Assembly (NCBI GenBank): GCA_031425935.1
Contig: JANPKH010000331.1
Coordinates: 14,870 to 78,869, forward strand
Length of the DNA stretch: 64,000 nt
Source: Gammaproteobacteria bacterium
Lineage (GTDB): Bacteria > Pseudomonadota > Gammaproteobacteria > Pseudomonadales > Cellvibrionaceae
Reading direction: 5' to 3'
The position numbers and the translations under genes are program-made. The notes below the pieces were generated by a model that worked only from the letters and a program-made list of their open reading frames with translations, ran no database searches and was not told where the DNA came from. Below, piece after piece: positions 1-8,756 of this stretch; positions within the stretch are counted from its first letter, which is position 1; every line of letters starts with the position of its first letter.

Positions 1-181
1 TGCAGCAGCCGCAATTCTTGCGCATAATCACCCGTCTGGAATAGCCGAACCCAGCCAAGCTGATCAGCTCATCACGCGGCGTTTACAAGAAGCACTCGAT
101 TTAGTTGGCGTTCGTGTAATTGATCATATGATCGTTGGCGATAAAGAGGTGATTTCGTTTGCTGAGCGTGGATTACTTTAA
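1..181 (+). CDS. radC: RadC/JAB-domain protein, 3' end only (cut by window edge)
   Basis: Manual translation from nt 2: [46 protein letters not shown]...FAERGLL*. Has the HNHPSG...PSxxD JAB motif and lies upstream of rpmB as usual. Confidence 0.93.
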   Translation, partial: AAAAILAHNHPSGIAEPSQADQLITRRLQEALDLVGVRVIDHMIVGDKEVISFAERGLL

Positions 182-284
182 ATAGTGACAAGCAGAGAAT
201 TTAACTACTACCAAGTATTCTTTTTGCAAAGATGCAAATTTTCAGCAATAACCTGAGTTTTTTGGCCAAAAAAACAGCTAGTCG

Positions 285-313
285 TTGCTATTGCAGGGTT
301 GTTTTGGTATAAA
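285..313 (+). promoter_or_regulatory. sigma70-type promoter for rpmB-rpmG
   Basis: TTGCTA-N17-TATAAA with an extended TG and a GC-rich discriminator (ACGCGGC), typical of ribosomal protein promoters. Confidence 0.65.
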
Positions 314-566
314 ACGCGGCTCTCTGCGGCAGGGTTGTTTGAAGCACCCCAAGTTTGTGTCTGCCTAGCGTGTTTTTGAGTAAAACGGAGCGCGCTTTCC
401 AGCAAGGTTAGTCATCTATAACCCATTACAACCGCGTTTAGAAAACTGAAATTAGGGCTGCTAACAACAATGCTCCAAGCTGGTTGTTAATCTGCTTTAC
501 GGCTTAACCCAGCGTTACCAGCCCCATCCCTGGCTTAGCGCGCTGAATTTTTAATGAGGCAATAGA

Positions 567-803
567 ATGTCTAAAGTATGTCAAGTTACTGGTAAACGTC
601 CCATTACTGGTTGCAATGTTTCTCACGCAAAAAACCACACCAAGCGTCGTTTTTTGCCAAATCTACATACCCATCGTTTTTGGGTAGAAACCGAAAAACG
701 TTTTGTTTCTTTGCGCTTAACCCCTAAAGGTATGCGTACAATCGACAAACGTGGTATCGATGTAGTTTTGGCTGAAATCCGCGGTCGCGGCGAAAAAGTT
801 TAA
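567..803 (+). CDS. rpmB: 50S ribosomal protein L28
   Basis: [12 protein letters not shown]...[19 protein letters not shown]; GAGG RBS. Confidence 0.98.
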   Translation: MSKVCQVTGKRPITGCNVSHAKNHTKRRFLPNLHTHRFWVETEKRFVSLRLTPKGMRTIDKRGIDVVLAEIRGRGEKV

Positions 804-844
804 AAGCTACTTATTTAAAAGCTTACTAGATAGGAGCAAGTGTC

Positions 845-1000
845 ATGCGCGATAAAATTCGTCTTAACTCAAGTGCTGGTACCGGTCATTTTTACACGAC
901 CGACAAAAACAAGCGCACCATGCCAGAAAAAATGGAAATCAAAAAATTTGATCCCGTTGTACGTCAGCATGTGATTTATAAAGAAGGCAAAATCAAGTAA
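845..1000 (+). CDS. rpmG: 50S ribosomal protein L33 (below ORF-track cutoff)
   Basis: Manual translation [51 protein letters not shown]; AGGAG RBS. Confidence 0.98.
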   Translation: MRDKIRLNSSAGTGHFYTTDKNKRTMPEKMEIKKFDPVVRQHVIYKEGKIK

Positions 1001-1030
1001 CTATTTTTAATGGTTCCTGCTTAAGCTTAA

Positions 1031-1060
1031 TAAAAAACCCGGCGGTGCTGGGTTTTTTTA
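1031..1060. terminator. Rho-independent terminator after rpmG (bidirectional type)
   Basis: AAAAAACCCGGC-GGT-GCTGGGTTTTTT hairpin with A and T tails. Confidence 0.85.
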
Positions 1061-1155
1061 TGCCTACAAAATCTATTTCTAGCCCTAAAACCCACTGCAT
1101 ATAAGAAAAAACCCATCTAAACTGTGACGTACGGCACACTTTTTGAGCGTACGGT

Positions 1156-2559
1156 ATGGGTGAAATTCGCGGATTGGACGCTTGGATGCGAGCATTATCT
1201 AACAAAGATTTGCCCTCGTTAAACTCAGTTGTTAAAGATATTTGCGAACTCAGTGCAAACGCCGACTGTCGTACTGATGATTTAACACAAATCATTTTGC
1301 GCGATGCCGATTTAACCTCCAAAGTTCTCAAAATATCCAATTCTATTCACTACAACCGTTCATTCAGCCCTATTCGTACGGTATCACGTGCTGTTGCACA
1401 GCTCGGTTTTAACAATCTCAAAAATATCACTCTCGCTTCTACATTGATTGACAGCTTCTTAAAAGGTAAACCCAAAGAACTGTTAATCCAACGTTTGGCC
1501 AAATCGTTCCATGCTGCAGTGCAAGCCAAAGCCATGGTTCCCTACTTGGATGGAGAGCATAAAGAGCAAGTCTTTATTGCTGCGCTTCTTCGGAATATTG
1601 GTGAACTAGCCTTATTAGCATCAGGGCGTGAAGCGGCGGAGAAATTTGTTACTGCTCGTGATCTCCGTCCGGAAAAAGAGCAGGCCATTTCTCAAGAATA
1701 TTTAGGCATGGAAATTGATGACCTTAATAGATGCCTCATTAAAGAATGGTCGCTCGGCGAGCTAGTGCGAGAAGCCAGTGAAGATACGCTCCAACCTAAT
1801 AATATGGTTCGTGCCGTTAACATCGGCAATGACTTGAGTAAATACATTCATAAAGGGAAAAACTCGCCTGAAATGGCGCGCATTTATGCTCAGGTTAGCC
1901 AGCTTTGTGACATTACTTTAGAAGAAGCCAAAAAGCAGGTTGCGCAAATGGCTGAGGAAGCTGCAATTGTGGCTAAAAGTTACGGCGCAGAAATGCTGCT
2001 TTCCTCCTTGCCAAACCCGAACGCGATAACTCCTTTTCCTATTGATGCAACGACAGTCGAAACCGGATATGAATTCCAGCAACTGCTTAATTACATTCTT
2101 AAATTCATGCTTGATGATGGTGATCTATCTAAAATCATGCAGTTTTCAGTCGCCGCGCTACACGAAGGTTCAGGTATAGCGCGCGTCACTATCGCCATGC
2201 TCGACTACAAATCCAAGTGTATTGATGTGCGTTATATCGCGGGTAAAGACACTCATGTGTGGCGACAAAAAGTACATATCGAATTGGACACATTACACAA
2301 AGGCGAATTGCTACACGATTTTTTACGTGCACAAGTACCCATGTGGTATCAACCCGCTCAAGCCATCAAACCTTTAGGAACTTTGGCACCGCTTGCCCAC
2401 AACGGTGATATTATGATGGCGCCACTCAAAAAGAATAAGCGCTTGGTGGCCATTCTTTATGCGGATAATGCCGGAGAAACCTTAAGCCCTCGTCAATTCG
2501 AAGATTTTCAGCTTCTCTCCAACCAACTGAATTTGATTCTTAGAGTAAATGCCAGTTAA
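1156..2559 (+). CDS. HDOD-domain signalling protein with C-terminal GAF-like region
   Basis: LPSL...IILRDADLTSKVLKISNS..Y...I.TVSRAV..LGF and ALLRNIGEL HDOD motifs; C-terminal APL...VAILYADN GAF-like segment. Confidence 0.85.
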   Translation: MGEIRGLDAWMRALSNKDLPSLNSVVKDICELSANADCRTDDLTQIILRDADLTSKVLKISNSIHYNRSFSPIRTVSRAVAQLGFNNLKNITLASTLIDSFLKGKPKELLIQRLAKSFHAAVQAKAMVPYLDGEHKEQVFIAALLRNIGELALLASGREAAEKFVTARDLRPEKEQAISQEYLGMEIDDLNRCLIKEWSLGELVREASEDTLQPNNMVRAVNIGNDLSKYIHKGKNSPEMARIYAQVSQLCDITLEEAKKQVAQMAEEAAIVAKSYGAEMLLSSLPNPNAITPFPIDATTVETGYEFQQLLNYILKFMLDDGDLSKIMQFSVAALHEGSGIARVTIAMLDYKSKCIDVRYIAGKDTHVWRQKVHIELDTLHKGELLHDFLRAQVPMWYQPAQAIKPLGTLAPLAHNGDIMMAPLKKNKRLVAILYADNAGETLSPRQFEDFQLLSNQLNLILRVNAS

Positions 2560-2601
2560 TCCCAATTCATACGCTTCATAAAAAACATGTTGTAGGTAGC
2601 C

Positions 2602-3414
2602 ATGCCCGAATTACCCGAAGTTGAAACAACCTTGCGCGGTATAGCTCCGCATATAATCAAACACCCTATTACACAAGTCATCATTCGCCGCCCTAACCTG
2701 CGCTGGCCAATACCGGCTGAGCTGCCACACCTACTTACAGCACAACACTTACTGAACATCACCCGGCGCGGTAAATATTTATTGTTTGAATTCGCCAATG
2801 GTCACGCCATTATTCACCTTGGTATGTCGGGCAACTTGCGTATTGTGGAAGCTGTATCAACTCCAAACAGTCACGATCACTTTGACTGGGTATTTGGCAA
2901 TATCGCCTTGCGCTACCACGACCCGCGCCGCTTTGGTTGCCTGTTATGGATAGAAGGCAACCCCGAGGAACACTCACTCCTTAACAAACTCGGCCCCGAA
3001 CCTTTAACGGATAATTTCACCGCAATCTATTTATTTGAACGCAGCCGCAAACGCAGCCAGGCCGTAAAACAATTTATTATGGACAGTCACATAGTCGTCG
3101 GTGTTGGTAATATTTACGCGAACGAATCCCTGTTTATGTCGCGCATCAAACCCATTCGCAAAGCCGGCACATTGACGAAGAAAAATTGCGAAGACTTGGT
3201 GCGGGATATAAAAATAATTCTGCAACGCTCCATCGACCAAGGCGGCACAACACTACGCGACTTTGTCGGCGGTGACGGCAAACCCGGCTACTTTAAGCAG
3301 CAATTATTAGTGTATGGCCGCGGAGGAGAACCTTGCACGATCTGCCGAAAAACATTGAAGGAAGTGCGAATGGGTGACAGGACTACGGTTTATTGTGTGG
3401 ATTGCCAGAAATAA
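2602..3414 (+). CDS. mutM: Formamidopyrimidine-DNA glycosylase
   Basis: N-terminal MPELPEVE, RRGKYL, HLGMSG, GVGNIYANESLF and a C-terminal CxxC...CxxC zinc finger. Confidence 0.98.
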   Translation: MPELPEVETTLRGIAPHIIKHPITQVIIRRPNLRWPIPAELPHLLTAQHLLNITRRGKYLLFEFANGHAIIHLGMSGNLRIVEAVSTPNSHDHFDWVFGNIALRYHDPRRFGCLLWIEGNPEEHSLLNKLGPEPLTDNFTAIYLFERSRKRSQAVKQFIMDSHIVVGVGNIYANESLFMSRIKPIRKAGTLTKKNCEDLVRDIKIILQRSIDQGGTTLRDFVGGDGKPGYFKQQLLVYGRGGEPCTICRKTLKEVRMGDRTTVYCVDCQK

Positions 3415-3497
3415 TAGTTTTAGGTTAGTTAGATAACTTACACCCGAAATTAAAGGAGATAGCATCTTACCCAGTTATCACATCCGAGGCGCTAAAG

Positions 3498-3704
3498 ATG
3501 ACATCCAATCGTGAAAAAGACTACGTTCACTCCAACGAACGCGGCAATCTCCCCAAGGCTCGCATGGAAGGTGGCGACGAAACTGACGATATTTCGATAA
3601 ACGATCCTGATACTCGTACTAAGGAAATGCGCAAAATAAAATTTGCGCAAAAGGAAACAGATCAATCTATTACAACGGAAGAACAGCAAGCGAAGCCGGA
3701 ATAA
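3498..3704 (+). CDS. Small hydrophilic hypothetical protein (68 aa)
   Basis: ATG start with GAGG 8 nt upstream; fills the gap between mutM and the convergent AbiEii-like gene; no recognisable motif. Confidence 0.5.
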   Translation: MTSNREKDYVHSNERGNLPKARMEGGDETDDISINDPDTRTKEMRKIKFAQKETDQSITTEEQQAKPE

Positions 3705-3769
3705 TTGTGCAGCAATTTGGCTAATTCTGAAGGACGGTTCCACAACATAAAGCCACTTAAAACGAAATT

Positions 3770-4748
3770 TTATTCGTTGATAGTTTTTTCCAAAGCTGAA
3801 AAAAACTGCAGCATTTCTTCAAAATCAGGCTTCTCGCCAAAAATCATTTCAGCCATTGCCGAATAATCCTTGCGCAGCATACTAATATAATATTCATTTG
3901 GGATTAGTTTAAAAGTTCCTGCTACTGCCGTTTGATAATTCGCCCAACCACTAGGATAGAAGCGTTGTTTAAACTCAACAACCTGTTGCAATAACTCTTC
4001 ATTTAGCAACGCATTCTTTGCGAGGCCGTGCTTCGCTAATTTATAGCTGTCGTAATAATGTCTTGAATAACGTGAAGGCATTTGATTGCCAGCGGGACGA
4101 TGTGCCTCAGCGTGGAGAATCGTGAGCTTTTCCCAAAAAGTCCGCTCCGGTGTAATGGCCATAACCTGAATACTGGGCCGAACAAAAAATTGCGGAAATT
4201 TTTCTGCGGCATAGGCAGAAATTCTATAGCTACCCATTGGCATCATCGCCGCAAGTGCTCCAATTTCCAAACGAATTTGTGGACGCAAATAACCTGCAGC
4301 AAATAAAGCCGGATACTCAATATTAATAGTATGTGGGTCCGTTACATCTATCCCGAGCTGACACAACGTGTGACATAACATCAGCCAACGCCGGCAAAAT
4401 TTTCTGCGCAATATAAGTTTTAGATTTTTCGTTAATATCCTGATTTAATTTATCTTGTTGCGTTTTTGTTCTGTTCGCCAGCGGGTTTTCTTCCGTCACT
4501 TGGGTCCAATCCAAAATCAAATCAATATCTTCCGAAAATCGCTGAATTAAATGAAAACATTTACTGAGGCTGGTACCGCCTTTAAAGCGCAAACATTTTG
4601 CCAATTCAGGAATATCGAAAAGTTGCATCAACACCCAGCACAACCAAAAATCTTTTTCGGCTGCCGCAGGTGTAATTGCCATAGCACTAGCCGTAGCGCT
4701 AAATATTTCGCGTCTCTCACTCGCACTTCGCAAAGCAAAACTTTTCAT
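3770..4748 (-). pseudogene. AbiEii/AbiGii-family nucleotidyltransferase toxin, split by a frameshift near 4365-4375
   Basis: The 4323-4748 ORF carries EKDFW and FKGGTSLSK...RFSEDIDL. The 3770-4411 frame carries RLEIG, PERTFWEK and SRHYYD. The two join with one extra base at ATG TCA CAC G TTG TGT CAG. Confidence 0.85.
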
Positions 4749-5383
4749 TAGCTAGCTTTCCGTTCCATCAATAAATTTTTAATTGCCTGAAAAATCCAAC
4801 TTGTCACGTACTGAGTATCTTTCATGATCCTGGCTGCAAGCAACTGTGGTGCCTGCAATTCCAAATCAAGATATTGCAGAATTGCCGTTTGTTGTGATGG
4901 ACTCAGTGGATCTTTACCCAATGCCTCTATAGCTTGAACGAGAAGCGCGCTTTCTGGATATTTGAAATTGAGATGCGTCGTTTTGCTTTTTTGAAAAACC
5001 AACTTCTGGCCAAGAATGTCATAGGATTTAGTAGGGCCATTGCTTAAATAAAGATATTGCGTAGGAATTTGTGTCGATAAACCCAAAATATTCATCGCGG
5101 CATTACCAGAGACCTGAATACTCCATCCAAATTTACGGGCTAATGCGTGTGCAACTTGATCTATATCGGGGCCAAGTGATTGCCCAAGCAGCTTGCTGAA
5201 TTTTGGGTAATCATAAAGCCCACGGTCAAGCCGCCGAATACTGCCTTTTTCAAACAAGCGGGACAGGCTGCGATCAATAGCGCCTGGCTGCCCCAGAGCG
5301 GCAAAATCTTTTTTAGAAAATGCCCAACCCCTGCCATTGCCATAAATAACGCTAATTATTTGATTTTCAATGCTTTTTGACAT
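4748..5383 (-). CDS. AbiEi-like type IV antitoxin / DUF6088-like winged-helix protein
   Basis: N-terminal wHTH (AIDRSLSRL..KGSIRRLDRGLYDYP) and SGNAAMNILGLSTQIP motif; its stop overlaps the toxin start (TAATG). Confidence 0.85.
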   Translation of the reverse strand: MSKSIENQIISVIYGNGRGWAFSKKDFAALGQPGAIDRSLSRLFEKGSIRRLDRGLYDYPKFSKLLGQSLGPDIDQVAHALARKFGWSIQVSGNAAMNILGLSTQIPTQYLYLSNGPTKSYDILGQKLVFQKSKTTHLNFKYPESALLVQAIEALGKDPLSPSQQTAILQYLDLELQAPQLLAARIMKDTQYVTSWIFQAIKNLLMERKAS

Positions 5384-5399
5384 TTATAAAGCCAATATC

Positions 5400-5431
5400 T
5401 TGTCCGAATTAATAGCTATATTTCCGGACAA
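5400..5431. promoter_or_regulatory. Inverted-repeat operator upstream of the AbiEi-like gene
   Basis: TTGTCCG-AA ... TTCCGGACAA imperfect inverted repeat ending 17 bp before the start codon. Confidence 0.55.
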
Positions 5432-5540
5432 CACTAGCACGCTTAAAAAAGCTATTCCAGCTATTTAAAAGCAGTTGAAATTTGAAAGAGCTCTAACGCC
5501 AAGGTACTTATGATGTTGAATGCAACAATGACAAATGGAT

Positions 5541-5873
5541 TTAATTACCTGATGCTTTGTAACCTTCAATCTCCGCATTAAGTGAGTCATACAGCAACCA
5601 ATTTCCAGCGGTATGAACCACTTCGTGAATGTTACGGCGGACTTTTCCTTTCAATGCGCATTCCCAAATAACTAAAACCTTCCAGCCTTTTTGAATGCAA
5701 GTTGCAATATTTTTCTCATCTCGAATTTTATTCCGGCCAATTTTATTGCGCCAGAATTCAGGGCGACTTGAAGGCCATTTAAATAAATGGCAATGATGTG
5801 CGTGCAAGAAGGAGCCGCTTATCAAAGTAAGGGCATAGCGTTCATGATATTTCGAAAAAACTAAATCAGGTTT
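5541..5873 (-). pseudogene. vsr: Very-short-patch repair endonuclease Vsr, 5'-truncated and degenerate
   Basis: In-frame KPDLVFSKYH...GSFLHAHHCHLFKWPSSRPEFWRNKIGRNKIRD...GWKVLVIWECALKG. A TAA lies directly before KPD, the N-terminal ~45 aa are absent, and the FxHGCFWH motif is altered. Confidence 0.85.
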
Positions 5874-5953
5874 TTAATTGAATTTTTAAGGCGGCCCTCG
5901 CAAAATAGTAAGCCACATGAGTGTAACTGCGACTAGCTATTGCCGTAATACGT

Positions 5954-7926
5954 TCACATTGGCAAACTTTGCAGACCACATTTAATTAGATATTCATACG
6001 TTTGATCATAAAATTCTGGAATTCGTGTTGCATCTGTTCGTTCACCAGAAGGAATATAAATAACCATTCCTTGTCGAGCACGTGTGAGCAACACTCGATA
6101 AGAATTTTCTAAGTAACGCTGTTGATCTTCCTTCTTTCTTCGCTCCCATTTGCTTCCTTTAAATTTCCAATGTTCAAATTTATGGTTACAATAACGATAA
6201 TCCGCATCCCAGGCCACAAGACACCAATCCAACTCTAATCCTTGAATATCAAATTCAGTAGCTGTATCCTCAAGGAAATGACAAGAACGCACATCTTCGC
6301 AATCATTTAAAAACCAATCTTCAACTTCTATTTTGTTATTAATAAAAATGCCATCTGCCTTTAAACGTTTTGCACCAGATGAAGCAATAAGACCGCTAGT
6401 TTCTAAGCCTTTTACTTTGCTCTTTATCCATTTTTTTGCATTACCTAAATTACGAGTAACAAAAACTGGAAAATTATCTATAATCTGGGTTGATAATATT
6501 TTTGCCTCCGCACATTGGTTATGAATTATATAGTGTATAAGATGCGATAATTTTTCAGCTCGGAAATAGCGCATAGATGTAGTGAGGTGCAGACAAGGTT
6601 CGCTTTTAGCTTGGCTATTTTTAAGAAGATCAATTTGAATATCATTGCCTGCATATTCTTTCTGTTTGAGTTTTGCCGAGTAATATACATTCCAATTAGG
6701 AAATTTTTCTACCAATGCTGAAAACCATCCATTGAGCCCTGCCTCTCCATCATTAATTTCTTGTCCGCCTCCAATTAGCGCGACAATTACGCACCAATCC
6801 TTATGGCGATCCATAACACTAATTAGAAATTCTGGTTCTGATTGACTAAAATCTAATTGATTACGCTTTCGCTGCATAAAATCAGAAGCTTTCCTTTGAT
6901 TCCAAGCGCGCTGTGCTTCATCAAATATAACTACTTTCTCTATAGAAGCTTTCTGTTTATTTTTTAATGCCTCATCTCTAAAGTGATGAATGTTTTGTAT
7001 AAAACTCGCAGTTTCACGTCGTGCTGTACCTATTGTTAAAATCTCATTTTGTTTAATTCTATCTCGTGCTAAGGCTTCGCGAAGCACGTCTACTAGAGGT
7101 CCATTACCTGAAAGAAATACAGCATATTCTTCATCTTGTGGATTATTGTGTGTTGTAGCTATTTGTAACCCCACAAGTGTCTTTCCTGCTCCCGGCACAC
7201 CAGTAACAAAACAAATAATTTTTTCTGTTGGACTCTAGCTTGATGAATAATTTCATTTAACCGATAAGATGTTTCCGCAAGATTAATTTCATCTGCACCA
7301 GAACGTGAAATATCAGAAACATCGTGATTGGCATAAAGTGCTTGCGCCGCCTCAATGATAGTGGGTGTTGGTTTGTACTGTGCGGCCAACCAAGCTTCAG
7401 GATTGAGCCGCGGCTGTTGAGCGAAAGTTGTAACACAAGTTTTAATAATTTTAGCTATATTATTTTTGTTTGCTTTCAATGTCGATGTAACATCAAGCTC
7501 ACCCGCATCTAGTATTAACGAAGTTTCTAACGACTCGGTAGCGATTAATATGGGGATGATTAAGCGATTGTGGCTAGCCTCATGAAAACAACTTAAGTCG
7601 AGCGCATAACTTTGTGTCTGGCGAAGGTCAGCCGCTTTGTATTGCATCTCACCTACTTTAAATTCAAGTACAAAAATTATTCCATTAAGAATCAAAACAA
7701 CATCGGCACGCTTGCCCATTCGAGGAATCAACAATTCAAAACAAATGTGACCACTTTCAAAATTTTGGAGCTGTTGCTGTAAAATTTCAATTTGTGAATT
7801 CCATGCGCCCGTTTGCTGGTACACCAAATCTTGCGAATGGTTTCTCGTTAACTCGCCAATAATTGCTTTTGGCAGGTCATTAAGAAAATGACTAATTTCC
7901 GCCGAGTAGTAAGCACGATTAGACAT
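5954..7926 (-). pseudogene. DUF2075-family protein (N-terminal PD-(D/E)xK-like nuclease + SF1-like P-loop helicase), split by a 1-nt frameshift at 7219-7224
   Basis: N half has RADVVL...VLEFKVG. C half has GVPGAGKT, VVIFDEAQR, TEFDIQGLELD and YRVLLTRAR. Adding one A to the A6 run gives QKKIICFVTGVPGAGKT and a ~657 aa ORF. Start ATG overlaps the HTH stop, with a GAGG RBS. Confidence 0.85.
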
Positions 7927-8149
7927 CATTCGCCTCACTAAACTGCAAAAGGTCAACCGGCTTTACCTCAAGTGCTACAGCAATACGCGCAATATTGATA
8001 AGGCTAACGTTGCGTATACCCCTTTCTATTCCGCTGATATAGGTTCTATCAAGTTCTGCAATTAATCCCAGCTGCTCCTGACTCATTCCTTGCTCTAATC
8101 GAATTTCTTTTACTCGATTACCAAAAGCTTTAAGAATTGACCTATCCAT
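7919..8149 (-). CDS. XRE-family HTH regulator resembling restriction-modification controller (C) proteins
   Basis: FGNRVKEIR...SQEQL...LDRTYISGIERGIRNVSLINIARIAVAL; C-box-like operator upstream. Confidence 0.9.
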   Translation of the reverse strand: MDRSILKAFGNRVKEIRLEQGMSQEQLGLIAELDRTYISGIERGIRNVSLINIARIAVALEVKPVDLLQFSEANDV

Positions 8150-8195
8150 GTAGATACCCCTCTAGACGCGAAAGGTCGAATGGTGTATCTGTAGA

Positions 8196-8228
8196 GACTT
8201 ATACGTCTACGGACTATGAGTCACACAT
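8196..8228 (-). promoter_or_regulatory. C-box (controller protein operator)
   Basis: Minus strand ATGTGTGACTCATAGTCCGTAGACGTATAAGTC: a perfect GACT-N3-AGTC box, a CGT spacer, then a degenerate second box. Confidence 0.75.
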
Positions 8229-8264
8229 GTTTATGGTAGTTCTATTATTCGGAGGGAATGAACG

Positions 8265-8468
8265 ATGCAACGTAGAGACTTTGTTTTTCTAATAAATAAT
8301 ATTTTGCAAGAAAAATATTCCCTTACCATATCGGATACGGGTTACAGCATCACTGAATGGTTAGATAGATTTGGAGACCTGCCTGCAGAAGAAGCAGTAC
8401 GGCGCTATGCAGAAAAATATGATTTGATTAGTGCTTTTGAATCATCTTTCACCGGACAAGGTAAATGA
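8265..8468 (+). CDS. Small protein resembling the core of CbtA/YeeV-family toxins
   Basis: GGAGG RBS. ILQEKYSLTISDT and EAVRRYAEKYDLI align by eye with CbtA LLDQHYGLTLNDT and DAVNFLVEKYALV (recalled sequence). Confidence 0.65.
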   Translation: MQRRDFVFLINNILQEKYSLTISDTGYSITEWLDRFGDLPAEEAVRRYAEKYDLISAFESSFTGQGK

Positions 8469-8595
8469 TAAGGCCCACCAATTTTTCAAATAACCAGAAG
8501 CTGTTTGGCATTGGGCGTTATTAGCACGCACTGATGTTGTATGCGGCAATTAAGATTGTTCGAAAGCTTATCAAAAGTTTCTCGCTAAGCCGTAT

Positions 8596-8713
8596 TTTCG
8601 ACTTGTTTTTCTACTGATATGTCGATTGCGTAAACATGTCCAGCACGGCATGTCGAAAAAAGTCGATTTTTTCGACATGAGGATTGGCTTATGTCGATTT
8701 GGCGTACATGACC
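8596..8713. repeat. Phased GTCGA palindrome/direct-repeat array
   Basis: Perfect 13-bp inverted repeat CATGTCGAAAAAA-GTCGA-TTTTTTCGACATG (8649-8679), flanked by two ATGTCGATT-N6-ACATGNCC units (8619-8641, 8691-8713). Confidence 0.8.
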
Positions 8714-8756
8714 GGATTATTTGCGGGATAACTGTAGCTAAAGAACATAAATCGTC

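Noticed and set aside
208-405. 65-aa minus-strand ORF upstream of rpmB
   Set aside because: Overlaps the rpmB promoter, has a non-ATG start and shows no protein-like features.
5491-5521. Minus-strand ATTCAAC...GCGTTAGAG after vsr, also attC-like
   Set aside because: Only 31 bp, with poor complementarity between the ends.
8488-8523. AAATAAC...GGCGTTATTA after the CbtA-like ORF, resembling integron attC ends
   Set aside because: Only ~36 bp, well below the usual attC length, with no inner L boxes and no intI in the window. At most an unprovable remnant.
8596-8713. Repeat array considered as a mini CRISPR
   Set aside because: Units are short, overlapping and irregular, with no unique ~30-nt spacers and no cas genes.
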